NCBI GenBank assembly: GCA_965199715.1
Contig: OZ241322.1
Span: 2,284,157-2,348,156, forward strand
Direction: 5' to 3'
Length of the DNA: 64,000 nucleotides
From: Vicinamibacteria bacterium
GTDB taxonomy: Bacteria; Acidobacteriota; Vicinamibacteria; Marinacidobacterales; Marinacidobacteraceae
In this document: piece after piece, positions 38,158 through 48,844 of the stretch
How the letters are laid out: each line of letters opens with the position of its first letter
Position numbering within the stretch: the stretch's first letter is position 1
Notes under the pieces: model-generated
Told to the model about the DNA's origin: nothing
The model's database searches: none
The model's input: the letters and a program-made list of their open reading frames with translations, nothing else
Program-made: the position numbers and the translations under genes

Positions 38158-38974
38158 CCGCCGCCCGCTCCTCGGCGGCGCGCCGGTCGGGGACTCCGGC
38201 GGTTCCGTCCGCTTCCACCGCGAGCGCGGCGGCCGCGGCGGCGAGGCGTCCGGCGGCCGCGAGCGGGCGCCCCTCCATGAGTCCGATCATGAGCGCCGTC
38301 CCGAAGACGTCGCCGGCTCCGGTGGGATCGCGCTCGACGGCCGGAACCGCCGGAATCCGCAGTTCCTCGCCGCCGGAGCGGAGCGTCGCGCCGCGCTTCC
38401 CGTCGGTGATCGCGACGGCGCCGGCGTCCAACGGGAACGCTTCGGAACGGCTGAGGACGACGAGATCGAGGCCGGCGAGGCGCGCCGGAAGCCCGGCAGG
38501 CCGCCGGAGCCGCACCCGGCCGTCCGGCCCGGCGACGCGTAGCAGCCCTTGCGGAAGCGCGCCGGCGAGCCCCCGCCGGGGACGGGGAAACGCCCACGCG
38601 CCGTCCAGCTCGGACGCAACCGGAGCGTAGAGGACGGAGCCACCCGGGGGCAGCGCGGCGAGCGCCTCCCGGATGCGCGCTTCGGGGATGGGGCTCGCGA
38701 CCCCGAGCAGGCGTTGGCGGCGTTCGCCGTCCCGGTAGCGGTTCTCGAAGACGGTGCGCGTCGGCGAGGGAATCCGGATCTCCCGGCAGCCCTCGACCGC
38801 GAACGGGAAGTCCGGATCCGCCGCCGTCAGGATCCTCGTCCGCACGCCGAACCGGGCCGCGAGGAGGCCGGCGTAGGCGGCGGCGCCGCCGAGCCGGGGG
38901 CCGGACGCGAGGCGATCCTCGGTGAGGTGGCCGACGACGAGCAGATGGGGGGCGGGCAGGGCGCGCCCGACCAT
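38150..38974 (-). CDS. PfkB-family carbohydrate kinase
   Basis: GGAAAY, TDGKRGA, DPTGAGDVF. Confidence 0.88.
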   Translation of the reverse strand: MVGRALPAPHLLVVGHLTEDRLASGPRLGGAAAYAGLLAARFGVRTRILTAADPDFPFAVEGCREIRIPSPTRTVFENRYRDGERRQRLLGVASPIPEARIREALAALPPGGSVLYAPVASELDGAWAFPRPRRGLAGALPQGLLRVAGPDGRVRLRRPAGLPARLAGLDLVVLSRSEAFPLDAGAVAITDGKRGATLRSGGEELRIPAVPAVERDPTGAGDVFGTALMIGLMEGRPLAAAGRLAAAAAALAVEADGTAGVPDRRAAEERAAVS

Positions 38975-38985
38975 AATGCCCGCCC

Positions 38986-39561
38986 ATGCTGGTCTGGACC
39001 TCGCTGATCGCCGGCCAGAAGCGGCGCGCCGCGATTTCCGCGCTCGGAGCGGTGATCCTCGCGCTGCTGGCGTTCCAGCTCGCCCGTTTCTACGACTGGA
39101 CCGGCGTCTGGATCGCGGTCTTCGTCGCGGCGGCGCTGTTCGTGGTGCGGTCCGTGGGAGCCGCGGCGTGGTTTCTCGGCCGCCACCCGTACGCGCAGGT
39201 CGATCTCGGCTTCAGCGAGGCGGCCGTCCCCGGCGGCTTCGTGCGCTGCGCGGCCCGGATCGAGGCGCGCCGCCCGGCGGCGGTGCGCGAGCTGCGGTTC
39301 CGCCTCACCGCCGAGAGCCGGGGCGGAAACGCGCCCGAACGCGAACTCGCCCGCGTCGAGGGCGCGCTCGACGTTCCCGAGCTGCCGCCGGGGCGCCGCT
39401 GGGAGGGACGCATCGACCTGCCGGTGCCCGAGGGCGCCCGGTACTCGTACCGCTCGTTCGAGGGCCGGGTGGTCTGGGCGGTCGCGGCCCGGCTCGAGAC
39501 CGAGGACTGGTCGCCGGTCGAGACCGCCATCGAAGTGCTGGTCGCGCCGCCGGCCGACTGA
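38986..39561 (+). CDS. Hypothetical membrane protein
   Basis: Two N-terminal TM segments plus a beta-rich domain; TGATG coupling to the next gene. Confidence 0.7.
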   Translation: MLVWTSLIAGQKRRAAISALGAVILALLAFQLARFYDWTGVWIAVFVAAALFVVRSVGAAAWFLGRHPYAQVDLGFSEAAVPGGFVRCAARIEARRPAAVRELRFRLTAESRGGNAPERELARVEGALDVPELPPGRRWEGRIDLPVPEGARYSYRSFEGRVVWAVAARLETEDWSPVETAIEVLVAPPAD

Positions 39562-40445
39562 TGCAACCGCGCTTCGCCTGGGCCGCGCTGGTCCGCAATC
39601 CGTTTGCGGGGACCGGCGGCGGCGACCCGGCGCGACTCCGCGACGCGCTCGCCGAAGCCGGCGTGTCGCTCGTCGAGACGGTCACCCGGGGACCCGGGCA
39701 CGCCGCCCGGATCGCCGGCGACTTCGCGAACGCCGGCGCCCCGCTCGTGATCGCCTGGGGCGGCGACGGAACCGTCACCGAGGTCGCCCGCGGCGTCGTG
39801 GGCACTCCGGCGGCGCTCGGGGTGATCCCCCGGGGGACCGTGAACGTGCTGGCGCGGGAGACCGGGATCCCGTTCGACGTCGCGGCGGCGGCGCGGGTGT
39901 TGACCGGTGGCCGCGTGGTCGAATTCCGGCCCGGCGCGCTCCACTCGACGACGGGGACGCACCTCTTCGTCGCGGTGGCGTCGATCGGCCTCGACGCCGA
40001 GACGGCGCGCCGGATGGCGGCTCGCGGACGCCGGGGAATCCCGCTCTGGATCGCCACCGGTCTTGGCGTGTTCCTGACGGCCCGGCTGCCTCGCCTCCAC
40101 GTGACCGCAGGCGACCGGCGCGAGCGGGCGGCGTGGGTCGGGTGCGGCCGCCAGCCCCGATTCGTCCACTCGCTGCGGCTCTTCCCGGACGCCCGGCTCA
40201 CCGGCGAGAAGCTCGGAATGACGCTGCTGCGCTCCTGGACTCGCTGGGGCTATCTCGGGGGCGCGCTCGCCGCCCGCCTCGGGGCGCTGCGGCGCTTTCC
40301 ACCGGCCCTCAGCCTGCCGGTCGAGGAAGCGTGGATCGATTCCAAGGACGCGCCGGCGGCCTGCGAGGCGGACGGAAACCCCGCGGGGACGACCCCGGTC
40401 TGGGTCGGGGTGTGGCCGGAGCCGCTGCGGATCGTCCTGCCCGCC

Positions 40446-41044
<599 letters not shown>

Positions 41045-41048
<4 letters not shown>

Positions 41049-41578
41049 GCCTTGTACCTCGGGGCGACCCCGGGAGCGGCGCCCCGGGGGATGGACAGCG
41101 ACCGCCACCGGTCCGCCTCCTCCCGCGCGAGCTGGACGATCTGGCCGGAGTGGTAGGCCAGATGGACCACCTGCCGCTGGATCGCCTCCATGACCGTGAA
41201 GGGTTCGGATCGGATGCGCACGGCGCGGTCGAGGTCCGGCCCTGAGAGGCCGTCCAGTTGGGCGAGCGCGAGCGCGAACGCCGCGTCCCACTCCCGGACG
41301 AGATCTTCCCGCGCGAGGTCCGGGCGCGGCTCGAACTCGCCCTCCCGGTCGCGGTCGGGCTTCTCTCCGTCGGACGTGAGGAAGTCGGTCCACCGGGAGC
41401 GCAGGTTGCCGGCGAGGTGGCGCATCAGGACGGCGATCGAGTTCGCGTCGGGGGACGCCCGCCGGTGGAGACCGGCCTCGCCCGGAACCTGCGCGATCGC
41501 GGCCTCGGCGAGTCCCTTCAGGCGGCGGAATTCGAAGCGGGCGCCCCGGAGGAACGCCTCGCCGGCGGGTTCGGTCAC
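41045..41578 (-). CDS. DinB/DUF1572 family protein
   Basis: [46 protein letters not shown]. Confidence 0.88.
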
Positions 41579-41638
41579 GGGCTCGGGAGGCGACGCGAAT
41601 ATACCGGAGGGTCAACGGGTTTGGGTACGATTCGCGCC

Positions 41639-42826
41639 ATGAACGCGCGCTCGCTCTCCCGCCGCGGCTTTCTCGGCGCCGCCGGCGCGGGGGTCCTCGC
41701 TCCCGGCGCGGTCGGCGGCCAGGAGGCCGCGGTCGCCATCGCCGGGAAGACCGATCTCCGCGTCCTGAGCGAACGTCCGGTGAACGCCGAGACGTGGGTC
41801 ACCGACCTCGATCCCGACCTCACGCCGAACGACCGGCACTTCGTCCGCAACAACGGCGGCGTTCCCGAACGGGCGCTGTCGGGGAGCCTCGAAGGCTGGT
41901 CGCTCACCATCGACGGCGAGGTCGAGAACCAACTGGAGCTCTCGTTCGACGACCTGACCACCGCGTTCGAGACGGTCACGCTTGCGCTCACGCTCGAATG
42001 CGCCGGCAACGGGCGGGCGGCGTTCCGTCCCGCCGCGTCGGGCAACCAGTGGTGGCTCGGGGCGGTCGGCTGCGCCCGCTACGCCGGGGTGCGGCTGCGG
42101 GACGTGGTGCGCTCCGCCGGCCTCGCCCCGAGCGCGGTGTACGTCGCCTATTACGGCGAGGATCCGCCGCTCGGCGGCGGTCCCGGCGAGGCGCCGATCT
42201 CGCGCGGGATTCCGGTCTCGAAGGCGCTCGAGCCGACCACGCTCCTCGCGTGGGAGATGAACGGCGAGCCGCTGCCGCCGATCCACGGCTTTCCCCTGCG
42301 GCTCGTGGCCCCGGGCTATCCGGCCTCGGCGAGCGGCAAGTGGCTTCGCCGGCTCTGGGTCCGCGACCGGGTTCACGACGGCGCCAAGATGACCGGCTAC
42401 TCCTACCGGGTGCCCCGCCAGCCGGTGGCGCCGGGAACCGAGGTGCCCGAGAGGGACATGCGGATCATCGAGGCGATGCCGGTGAAGTCCATCATCACGA
42501 ACCCGGCTTCCGGGGCGCGGCGGTCGGTCGTGGGATCGCTGGACCTGCGCGGGCACGCATGGTGCGGGGAAGGACCCGTCGCCGCGATGCACCTGAGCCG
42601 GGACTTCGGGGCCACCTGGGTCGAATGCGGCCTCGCGGAGCCCGAGAACCGCTTCGCCTGGCAGCGCTGGGAGGGCAGCCTCCGCTTCGACGTTCCCGGC
42701 CACTACGAGATCTGGGCGCGCGCCACCGACCACGCCGGGCGCATGCAGCCCATGGTGACCCCCGGGTGGAACCCTCGGGGCTACCTCAACAATGCCATGC
42801 ATCGCATCGGCGTCACGGTGATCTGA
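41639..42826 (+). CDS. Sulfite oxidase-family molybdoenzyme (SorA/SorT-like), Tat-exported
   Basis: SRRGFL Tat motif, [36 protein letters not shown]. Confidence 0.92.
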   Translation: MNARSLSRRGFLGAAGAGVLAPGAVGGQEAAVAIAGKTDLRVLSERPVNAETWVTDLDPDLTPNDRHFVRNNGGVPERALSGSLEGWSLTIDGEVENQLELSFDDLTTAFETVTLALTLECAGNGRAAFRPAASGNQWWLGAVGCARYAGVRLRDVVRSAGLAPSAVYVAYYGEDPPLGGGPGEAPISRGIPVSKALEPTTLLAWEMNGEPLPPIHGFPLRLVAPGYPASASGKWLRRLWVRDRVHDGAKMTGYSYRVPRQPVAPGTEVPERDMRIIEAMPVKSIITNPASGARRSVVGSLDLRGHAWCGEGPVAAMHLSRDFGATWVECGLAEPENRFAWQRWEGSLRFDVPGHYEIWARATDHAGRMQPMVTPGWNPRGYLNNAMHRIGVTVI

Positions 42827-42828
42827 CC

Positions 42829-43191
42829 TTGGCTTTCCTCCGCCTCCTCCTTCCGCTTCTCGTCGTCTCCCCGGCGTTCGCTCAGACCGACAACCTCAAG
42901 GACGGCCCCAACGTGGACCTCGTCCGACAGGAGTGCCTCGCCTGCCACGAGGACAGCTACATCACTGCGTCCAACTTCGATCGGGCGACGTGGGACGAGA
43001 TGCTCGACGTGATGGTGGGGATGGGGATGGCGCCGCTCGACGACGCGAACCGGGAGCTCGTGCTGGACTACCTCGAGGCGGCGCAGGGGCCGGAAAGCGA
43101 CGACGACGACGGGGAAGCGGATCCGGCGACTCCGTGGGCGGAGCCGCTCTACCGGCCGAACCCGCTCGACTGGACCGGGCCCCGGCGCTGA
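42829..43191 (+). CDS. Monoheme cytochrome c (SorB/SorU-like)
   Basis: Signal peptide, CLACH, W..M...M...GM; starts 2 nt after the molybdoenzyme stop. Confidence 0.85.
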   Translation: MAFLRLLLPLLVVSPAFAQTDNLKDGPNVDLVRQECLACHEDSYITASNFDRATWDEMLDVMVGMGMAPLDDANRELVLDYLEAAQGPESDDDDGEADPATPWAEPLYRPNPLDWTGPRR

Positions 43192-43194
43192 GCG

Positions 43195-43656
43195 TCAGCG
43201 CAGCGCGATCTCGCTGAACGCCCTGCGCTCGATCGCGTCCCGAATCTCGGCGGCGGTCGCGCCTTCCTCATGCATGTCCGCGGTCAGGAGGACCTCCTGG
43301 AGACAGATGGGTCAAGTGGCGGCGTGGTCGTCCACGAAGCAGTCGAGCAGACTCCCGTGCCCGTGCGACGCCGCGCAGGCGCACAGGCACGGCTGCTGGA
43401 CCAGCACCTCGGGGATCTCGCGCGCGATCGCGTAGGCGCGCCGCACGGCCGGGCTCCGGTAGGACCCCGGCGCCTTCGTGATCGGGAAGGGCTCGGCGTC
43501 CGCCGGCGAGGCGTGGAACGGGAACGCCGACGAAGCCGCCGCGACCGGGTCCTGGCGCACCGTCTGGTCGGCGGTCACGGCGACGACCAGCACGGCCGCT
43601 CCGCCGAGGAGAAGCGCGATCGCGAGCCAGGGCAGGAAACGGGGGCGCTGCGGCAT
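43195..43656 (-). CDS. PCYCGC/CYCXC-motif family selenoprotein (Sec at TGA 43312-43314)
   Basis: PCLCAC...GHGSLLDCFVDDHAAT-TGA-PICLQEV...GATAAEIRDAIERR. The TGA occupies the first Cys of the family's CxxC and the frame stays open 38 more codons. Confidence 0.85.
43285..43311 (-). promoter_or_regulatory. Candidate bacterial SECIS element
   Basis: After UGA: cccaucugucuc-CAGGAG-GUC-CUCCUG. 6-bp stem with a G-initiated loop starting 19 nt downstream of the UGA. Confidence 0.65.
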
Positions 43657-43676
43657 GGGCCTATCCTAGTCCGACG

Positions 43677-45689
43677 GTGTCCACGGTCTGGATCGTCCGG
43701 GCGGCGATCTTCCTCTCGGCGCTGCTCCTGTTCCAGATCCAGCCGATGGTCGCGAAGCGGCTGCTCGTCTGGTACGGCGGCGCCCCGATGGTCTGGGCGG
43801 CGTCGCTGTTCTTCTTCCAGGCGGCGCTGCTCCTCGGGTACGGCTGGGCGCACCTGATCGCGAGCCGCCTGCCGCGGCGCGCGCAAGTCGCGCTGCATGG
43901 GGCGCTGCTGCTCGCCGCGGTCGCCTTCCTTCCACCGCAGCCGGGGGCGGAGTGGATCCCCGAAGCCGGGTCGGCGCCGGCGCTGCGCATCCTCGCCACC
44001 TTCGTCGCGACCGTCGGTCCGCCGTTCGTCCTGCTGGCCGCGACCACGCCGCTCGTCTCGCACTGGCTTGCCGGCGGGCCGGCGGGAAGCCGCGCGTTCC
44101 GGTGGTACGCCGTCTCGAACGCCGGGTCGCTCGCGGGGCTGCTGAGCCACCCGGCGCTCCTCGAGCCGCTCGTCGGCCTCGCGCGGCAGGAGCGGCTCTG
44201 GTCGGCGGGATTCCTCGCGGCGGCGGTCCTCGTGCCGGCGAGCGGCCTCCTGCTTCCCGGCGGTCGGAAGGCGGCGCGGTTCCGGATCGCCGCGGGGTTC
44301 GATCCGGGGACGCTGCTGCTCGCCGCGTTCGGATCCTTCTCGCTCGTCGCGGTGACGACCCACCTGACCCGCGACCTGGCCGCCGCGCCCTTTCTCTGGA
44401 CGCTTCCGCTCGCGCTGTATCTGGGGTCCATGATCCTCGCGTTCTCGGTCGGGCCGCTCCCGGCCGCCTGGGCCCGGCCGCTGGTTCTGCTGAGCGCCGC
44501 CGCGTGCCTCCTCCTGCGGCTTCGCAACCTCGACGGCGCGCTCGATCCGTGGGCGCTCGACGCCGCGGCGGGCGCGGCGTTCCTCTTCGCGGCCTGCTGG
44601 GTCGCCCACGGGATGGCGGCCGAGCGCCGGCCCGACCCGTCGCGGCTGACGGGCTTCTACCTGTCGCTGACCGCGGGCGGCGCCGCCGGCGGGCTCCTCG
44701 CCGCGCTCGCCGCGCCGGTCGTCTTCGCGAACGTGTTCGAGTACCCGCTCGCGCTCGCCGCCGGGATCGCGCTCGCCTTCGCCGGAGCGCGGGCCGTCTG
44801 GGTCCGCCGGATCGCGGTCGCCGCGGCGGCGCTCGTCGCGTCGTTCCTGACGCTCGTCGAGCACCGGCGCCCGCTCCACTCCGAGCGGACGTTCTTCGGC
44901 GTGGTCCGCGTCTTCGAGGGCGCCCGCGAGACGAACGAGTGGCGGCGCGATCTCTGGCACGGGGGCATCGCCCACGGCTCCCAGTGGCTCGCGCCGGAGC
45001 GGCGGCGCGAACCCACCCTGTACTACTACCGGGGAACCGGGGTCGAGCTCGCGCTGAACCGCCACCCCAAGCGCGATCGGGGCGAGCCGCTGCGGGTCGG
45101 CGTCGTGGGGCTCGGAACCGGGACGCTCGCCGTCTGGGGGCGCGCCGGCGACGAGTTCCGCTTCCACGAGCTGGATCCGGCGGTGGAACGCGCGGCGCGG
45201 GAACACTTCACCTTCCTCGAGGACGCGCCGGCGCGCACGGAAGTCGCAGTCGGCGACGGGCGGCTCGGCCTCGAGGGGGAGGCGGCGCGGGGCGATCCCC
45301 CCTACGACGTGCTCGTCCTGGACGCCTTCGCCGGCGATGCGATCCCAACGCACCTCCTCACCGCCGAGGCGTTCGACGCGTACGCGGCGCGGCTGGACGA
45401 GGGCGGCGTCCTCGCGGTCCACGTCTCGAACCGGCACGTGGATCTGGCTCCGGTGGTGCGGGCGCAAGCGCTGCGGCTCGGCTGGGCGCCGCTGCTGATG
45501 GTCGCCGAAGGGGAGGCGGACAGCTTCCGCTACGAGGCGTCGTGGATCCTGCTGACCCGGAATCCCGACTTCCTCACCGATCCGGCGATCCTCGGCCGGG
45601 CGGGAATCTGGGTGGGGCCGTCGGCGAATCCCGAACCGCACCACCTGTGGACCGACGACTGGTCGCACCTCCTCGGCGTCCTCCGCTGA
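43677..45689 (+). CDS. Fused membrane / spermidine synthase-like methyltransferase
   Basis: Multi-TM N-half (FLSALLLFQIQPM), HGGIAHGSQ, VVGLGTGTLA, ELDPAV, GDGR, LDAFAGDAIPTHLLT, WTDDWS. Confidence 0.9.
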   Translation: MSTVWIVRAAIFLSALLLFQIQPMVAKRLLVWYGGAPMVWAASLFFFQAALLLGYGWAHLIASRLPRRAQVALHGALLLAAVAFLPPQPGAEWIPEAGSAPALRILATFVATVGPPFVLLAATTPLVSHWLAGGPAGSRAFRWYAVSNAGSLAGLLSHPALLEPLVGLARQERLWSAGFLAAAVLVPASGLLLPGGRKAARFRIAAGFDPGTLLLAAFGSFSLVAVTTHLTRDLAAAPFLWTLPLALYLGSMILAFSVGPLPAAWARPLVLLSAAACLLLRLRNLDGALDPWALDAAAGAAFLFAACWVAHGMAAERRPDPSRLTGFYLSLTAGGAAGGLLAALAAPVVFANVFEYPLALAAGIALAFAGARAVWVRRIAVAAAALVASFLTLVEHRRPLHSERTFFGVVRVFEGARETNEWRRDLWHGGIAHGSQWLAPERRREPTLYYYRGTGVELALNRHPKRDRGEPLRVGVVGLGTGTLAVWGRAGDEFRFHELDPAVERAAREHFTFLEDAPARTEVAVGDGRLGLEGEAARGDPPYDVLVLDAFAGDAIPTHLLTAEAFDAYAARLDEGGVLAVHVSNRHVDLAPVVRAQALRLGWAPLLMVAEGEADSFRYEASWILLTRNPDFLTDPAILGRAGIWVGPSANPEPHHLWTDDWSHLLGVLR

Positions 45690-45731
45690 CTCCGGGGTAA
45701 AATTGCCCAATTCGCTCGCGGAGGAACGCTC

Positions 45732-47774
45732 ATGCCGAACACTCGAACGCTTCGCACGGTCATCGCCGGGGCGCTTCTGGTCGCCTTCGCGGCCTCCGCC
45801 CCGGCGCAGAACCGCGACATGCCGGAAGGCGAGTGGCGCTACCAGAGCGGCGACGCCTGGGGCACCCGGTCCTCGCCGCTGACCGACGTCAACGCCGAGA
45901 ACTTCGGCGATCTCGAGGTCGCCTGGCACTGGCGCGGCGACAACTTCGGCCCGAAACCCAGCTACCTCTCGAAATCGACTCCGAGCTACATCGACGGGCT
46001 GCTCTACACGGTGGTCGGCTACCGGCGCAGCGTGGCCGCCATCGATCCCGCGAGCGGCGAGACGGTGTGGACCTATTCGGAGCCGACGACCCGCCGCTGG
46101 GAGGAGTCGATGCGCTCCAGCTACGGCAAGGGCGTCGCCTACGCCGAGATCGACGGCCGCGTCGTGATCTTCCACGTCACGCCCGGCTTCTTCCTGCATG
46201 CGCTCGACGGCAAGACCGGCGAGCACCTCGAGGGGTGGGGCCAGCCGGTCGATATCGACGGATTCCCGAAGACCGGCGTGGTCGATCTGCTCGCCCACTT
46301 CGGCTACAACTACGACCCGTACGAGGGGCTGGCGCCCACGGTGGGGTACATCACGAACTCGTCGCCCGCGATCGTCGTGAACGGCACGATCGTCGTCGGC
46401 AACTCCGCCGCGCAGGGCTACCACCAGACCCGGATCGAGAACGTCCCCGGCGACATCCTCGCCATCGACGCCCGCACCGGAGACTTCAAGTGGAAGTTCA
46501 ACGTCACGCCGCGATCGGAGGACGACTTCGCGGCGAGCACCTGGGAGAACGACGCTTGGAAGTGGACCGGCGACGTGTCCTCGTGGGCCCCGCTCTCCGC
46601 CGACCTCGAGCGCGACATCGTCTATATCCCGACGAACGCGCCGACCATCGACTTCTACGGCGGGTTCCGCCCCGGCGACAACCTCTTCGGGACCAGCGTG
46701 ATCGCGCTGAACGCCCAGACCGGCGAGCGCGTCTGGCACTTCCAGACGACCCATCACCCGATCTGGAACCACGACCTCCCGAACGTCCCGATCCTCGTGG
46801 ACGTGGAAGTGAACGGCGCGCCCGTGCCCATGGCGATCCAGACCACGAAGCAGGGCTACACCTTCGCGTTCAACCGGGAGACCGGCGAGCCGGTGTGGCC
46901 CATCGAGGAGACCCCGGTCCCGCAGTCCATCGTTCCAGGAGAGAAGCTCTCGCCGACCCAGCCGGTGCCCACGGTCCCCGCTCCGCTGGAGATGCTGGAC
47001 CTCACTGAGGACAACCTCATCAACTACACCCCCGAGCTGCGCCAGAAGGCGATCGACATCGTGTCCGAATACACGGTCGGCGGCCCCTACATGCCCCCGA
47101 TCCCCAAGGGCTACGACGAGAACAAGGGCTGGATCGCCTGCGGCGTCCACTCAGCGGTGAACATCACGCACCCGGCGGCGCTGGACCCCGGGACCGGCAT
47201 CCTCTACCAGTCGTCCGGCCCCGCCTGCTCCGGTCGGATGGTCCAGCCGGGAGTGGACGCGGACGAGCCGACCCACAGTTGCACCTCCCCGAGCGGCGAG
47301 TGCACGACCATCGGGGAGACCGTCGCCGACTGGGTCAACTACCGCCCGATCGGCATCCCCGGCCCGGACGGGCTTCCGATCTACAAGCCGCCGTACAGCC
47401 GGGTCACCGCCATCGACATGAACACCGGTGAGCACCTCTGGTGGATCCCGGTGGGCGAGCCCAACGACCGGATCAAGAACCATCCGGCGCTCGAGGGCGT
47501 GGACCTGTCCATGGTCGGCGGCCAGGGCCGCTCCATCCTCATGGTCTCCGGCGACCTGCTGCTCACCACCGAGGGCATGCGCGGACGGCCGGTGCTCCAC
47601 GCGCACGACAAGCGCACCGGCGACCGGGTCGGCTCGGTCGATCTGCCGGCGCCGGGGATGTACGGGATGATGACCTTCCGCCACGAGGGGCGGCAGTACA
47701 TCGTCGTGCAGGCCGGCCAGCAGGGCAGCGTGCCGGAGTCCTACGTCGCGCTGGCGCTTCCCAGGAGCGACTGA
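45732..47774 (+). CDS. PQQ-binding beta-propeller dehydrogenase (quinoprotein glucose dehydrogenase-like)
   Basis: Signal peptide, EWRYQSGD, repeated D..TGE..W motifs, WHFQTTHHPIWNHD, KPPYSRVTAIDMNTGE, GRQYIVV. Confidence 0.9.
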   Translation: MPNTRTLRTVIAGALLVAFAASAPAQNRDMPEGEWRYQSGDAWGTRSSPLTDVNAENFGDLEVAWHWRGDNFGPKPSYLSKSTPSYIDGLLYTVVGYRRSVAAIDPASGETVWTYSEPTTRRWEESMRSSYGKGVAYAEIDGRVVIFHVTPGFFLHALDGKTGEHLEGWGQPVDIDGFPKTGVVDLLAHFGYNYDPYEGLAPTVGYITNSSPAIVVNGTIVVGNSAAQGYHQTRIENVPGDILAIDARTGDFKWKFNVTPRSEDDFAASTWENDAWKWTGDVSSWAPLSADLERDIVYIPTNAPTIDFYGGFRPGDNLFGTSVIALNAQTGERVWHFQTTHHPIWNHDLPNVPILVDVEVNGAPVPMAIQTTKQGYTFAFNRETGEPVWPIEETPVPQSIVPGEKLSPTQPVPTVPAPLEMLDLTEDNLINYTPELRQKAIDIVSEYTVGGPYMPPIPKGYDENKGWIACGVHSAVNITHPAALDPGTGILYQSSGPACSGRMVQPGVDADEPTHSCTSPSGECTTIGETVADWVNYRPIGIPGPDGLPIYKPPYSRVTAIDMNTGEHLWWIPVGEPNDRIKNHPALEGVDLSMVGGQGRSILMVSGDLLLTTEGMRGRPVLHAHDKRTGDRVGSVDLPAPGMYGMMTFRHEGRQYIVVQAGQQGSVPESYVALALPRSD

Positions 47775-48844
47775 ACCGGGATCACGCGCGCGCCGTCGGA
47801 GGGGACAGCGTCGAGTAACGCCCCCTCCGGCGGCAGGCCGCGCGGCTCGTAGAAGCTCCGGACGAGCCGCTCCCGCACCCGTTCATGGGTCGCGGGTTCA
47901 TTGAGGACGACGACCGATCCGCCGAAGCCGGCGCCGGTCAGCCGCGCCCCGAGCGCCCCGGCCTCGAGCGCCCGCGCCACGAGCTCGTCGAGGGCGGGCG
48001 AACTCACCTCGTAGTCGTCCCGGAGCGAGCGGTGGCCCGCGACGAGGATGCGCCCGAGCGCGCGGGCGTCCCCGGTCTCGAGCGCCCGAACCGCGGCGCG
48101 GGTGCGCGCGGCCTCGGACCGGACGTGGCGCAGGCGGCGGTCGAGCGGCGGCCGCAGGGACCCCGGAGGCCCGGCCAGAGCGTCCTTCGCCTCGCGCACC
48201 CGGAGGTCGAAGAGCGTCCCCACCGGGCCGCCCTTGTCCGCCTCCTCCCCGCTGTATGCGGCGAGGAAGCGGAACCCGGGCGGAATCGGGATCCGCCGCC
48301 ACTCGTCGCCGTGGATCCACATGGCGCAGCCGGCCCGCGCGCCGAGCGAGACCGACTGGTCCATCGCGCCGCCGGCGATCGCGACTCCCTGCTCGGCGGC
48401 GGCGAGGCGAAGCGCGAGCTCGGGCTTCGGCGGACGCAGCCCGTTCGCCCGCAGCAGCGCGAGCGCCGACGCCACGACGAGCGCCGACGAGGACGAGAGC
48501 CCGGACGCCATGGGCAGGTCGGAGACCGCCATGCCGTCCGCGCCCCGAGCGCCGCCGACGGCCTGCGCCGCGGCTCCGACGTAGCGGCCCCAGCCCTCCG
48601 CCTCCCCGGGGAGCCGCAGTTCCGGAGACTCCCGCGATTCGTTCGCGAAGCGGACGAGGGAGTCACGCCGGCGCCGGAACGCGATCGCGATCCCGTGCGG
48701 AAGCGCGAACGGCAGCACCGGCAGCCCGCAGTAGTCCACGTGCTCGCCGATGACATTCACCCGGCCCGGCGCGAAGGCGACCCCGTCGGGCGCGGTTCCG
48801 AACCGCTCGCGGAACCGGCGGACCGCCTTCTCGGCCAGTTCCAT
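47741..48844 (-). CDS. galK: Galactokinase (GHMP kinase family)
   Basis: APGRVNVIGEHVDY, PMASGLSSSSA, SLRDDYEVS, GARLTGAGFGG. Confidence 0.88.
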   Translation of the reverse strand: MELAEKAVRRFRERFGTAPDGVAFAPGRVNVIGEHVDYCGLPVLPFALPHGIAIAFRRRRDSLVRFANESRESPELRLPGEAEGWGRYVGAAAQAVGGARGADGMAVSDLPMASGLSSSSALVVASALALLRANGLRPPKPELALRLAAAEQGVAIAGGAMDQSVSLGARAGCAMWIHGDEWRRIPIPPGFRFLAAYSGEEADKGGPVGTLFDLRVREAKDALAGPPGSLRPPLDRRLRHVRSEAARTRAAVRALETGDARALGRILVAGHRSLRDDYEVSSPALDELVARALEAGALGARLTGAGFGGSVVVLNEPATHERVRERLVRSFYEPRGLPPEGALLDAVPSDGARVIPVQSLLGSASAT

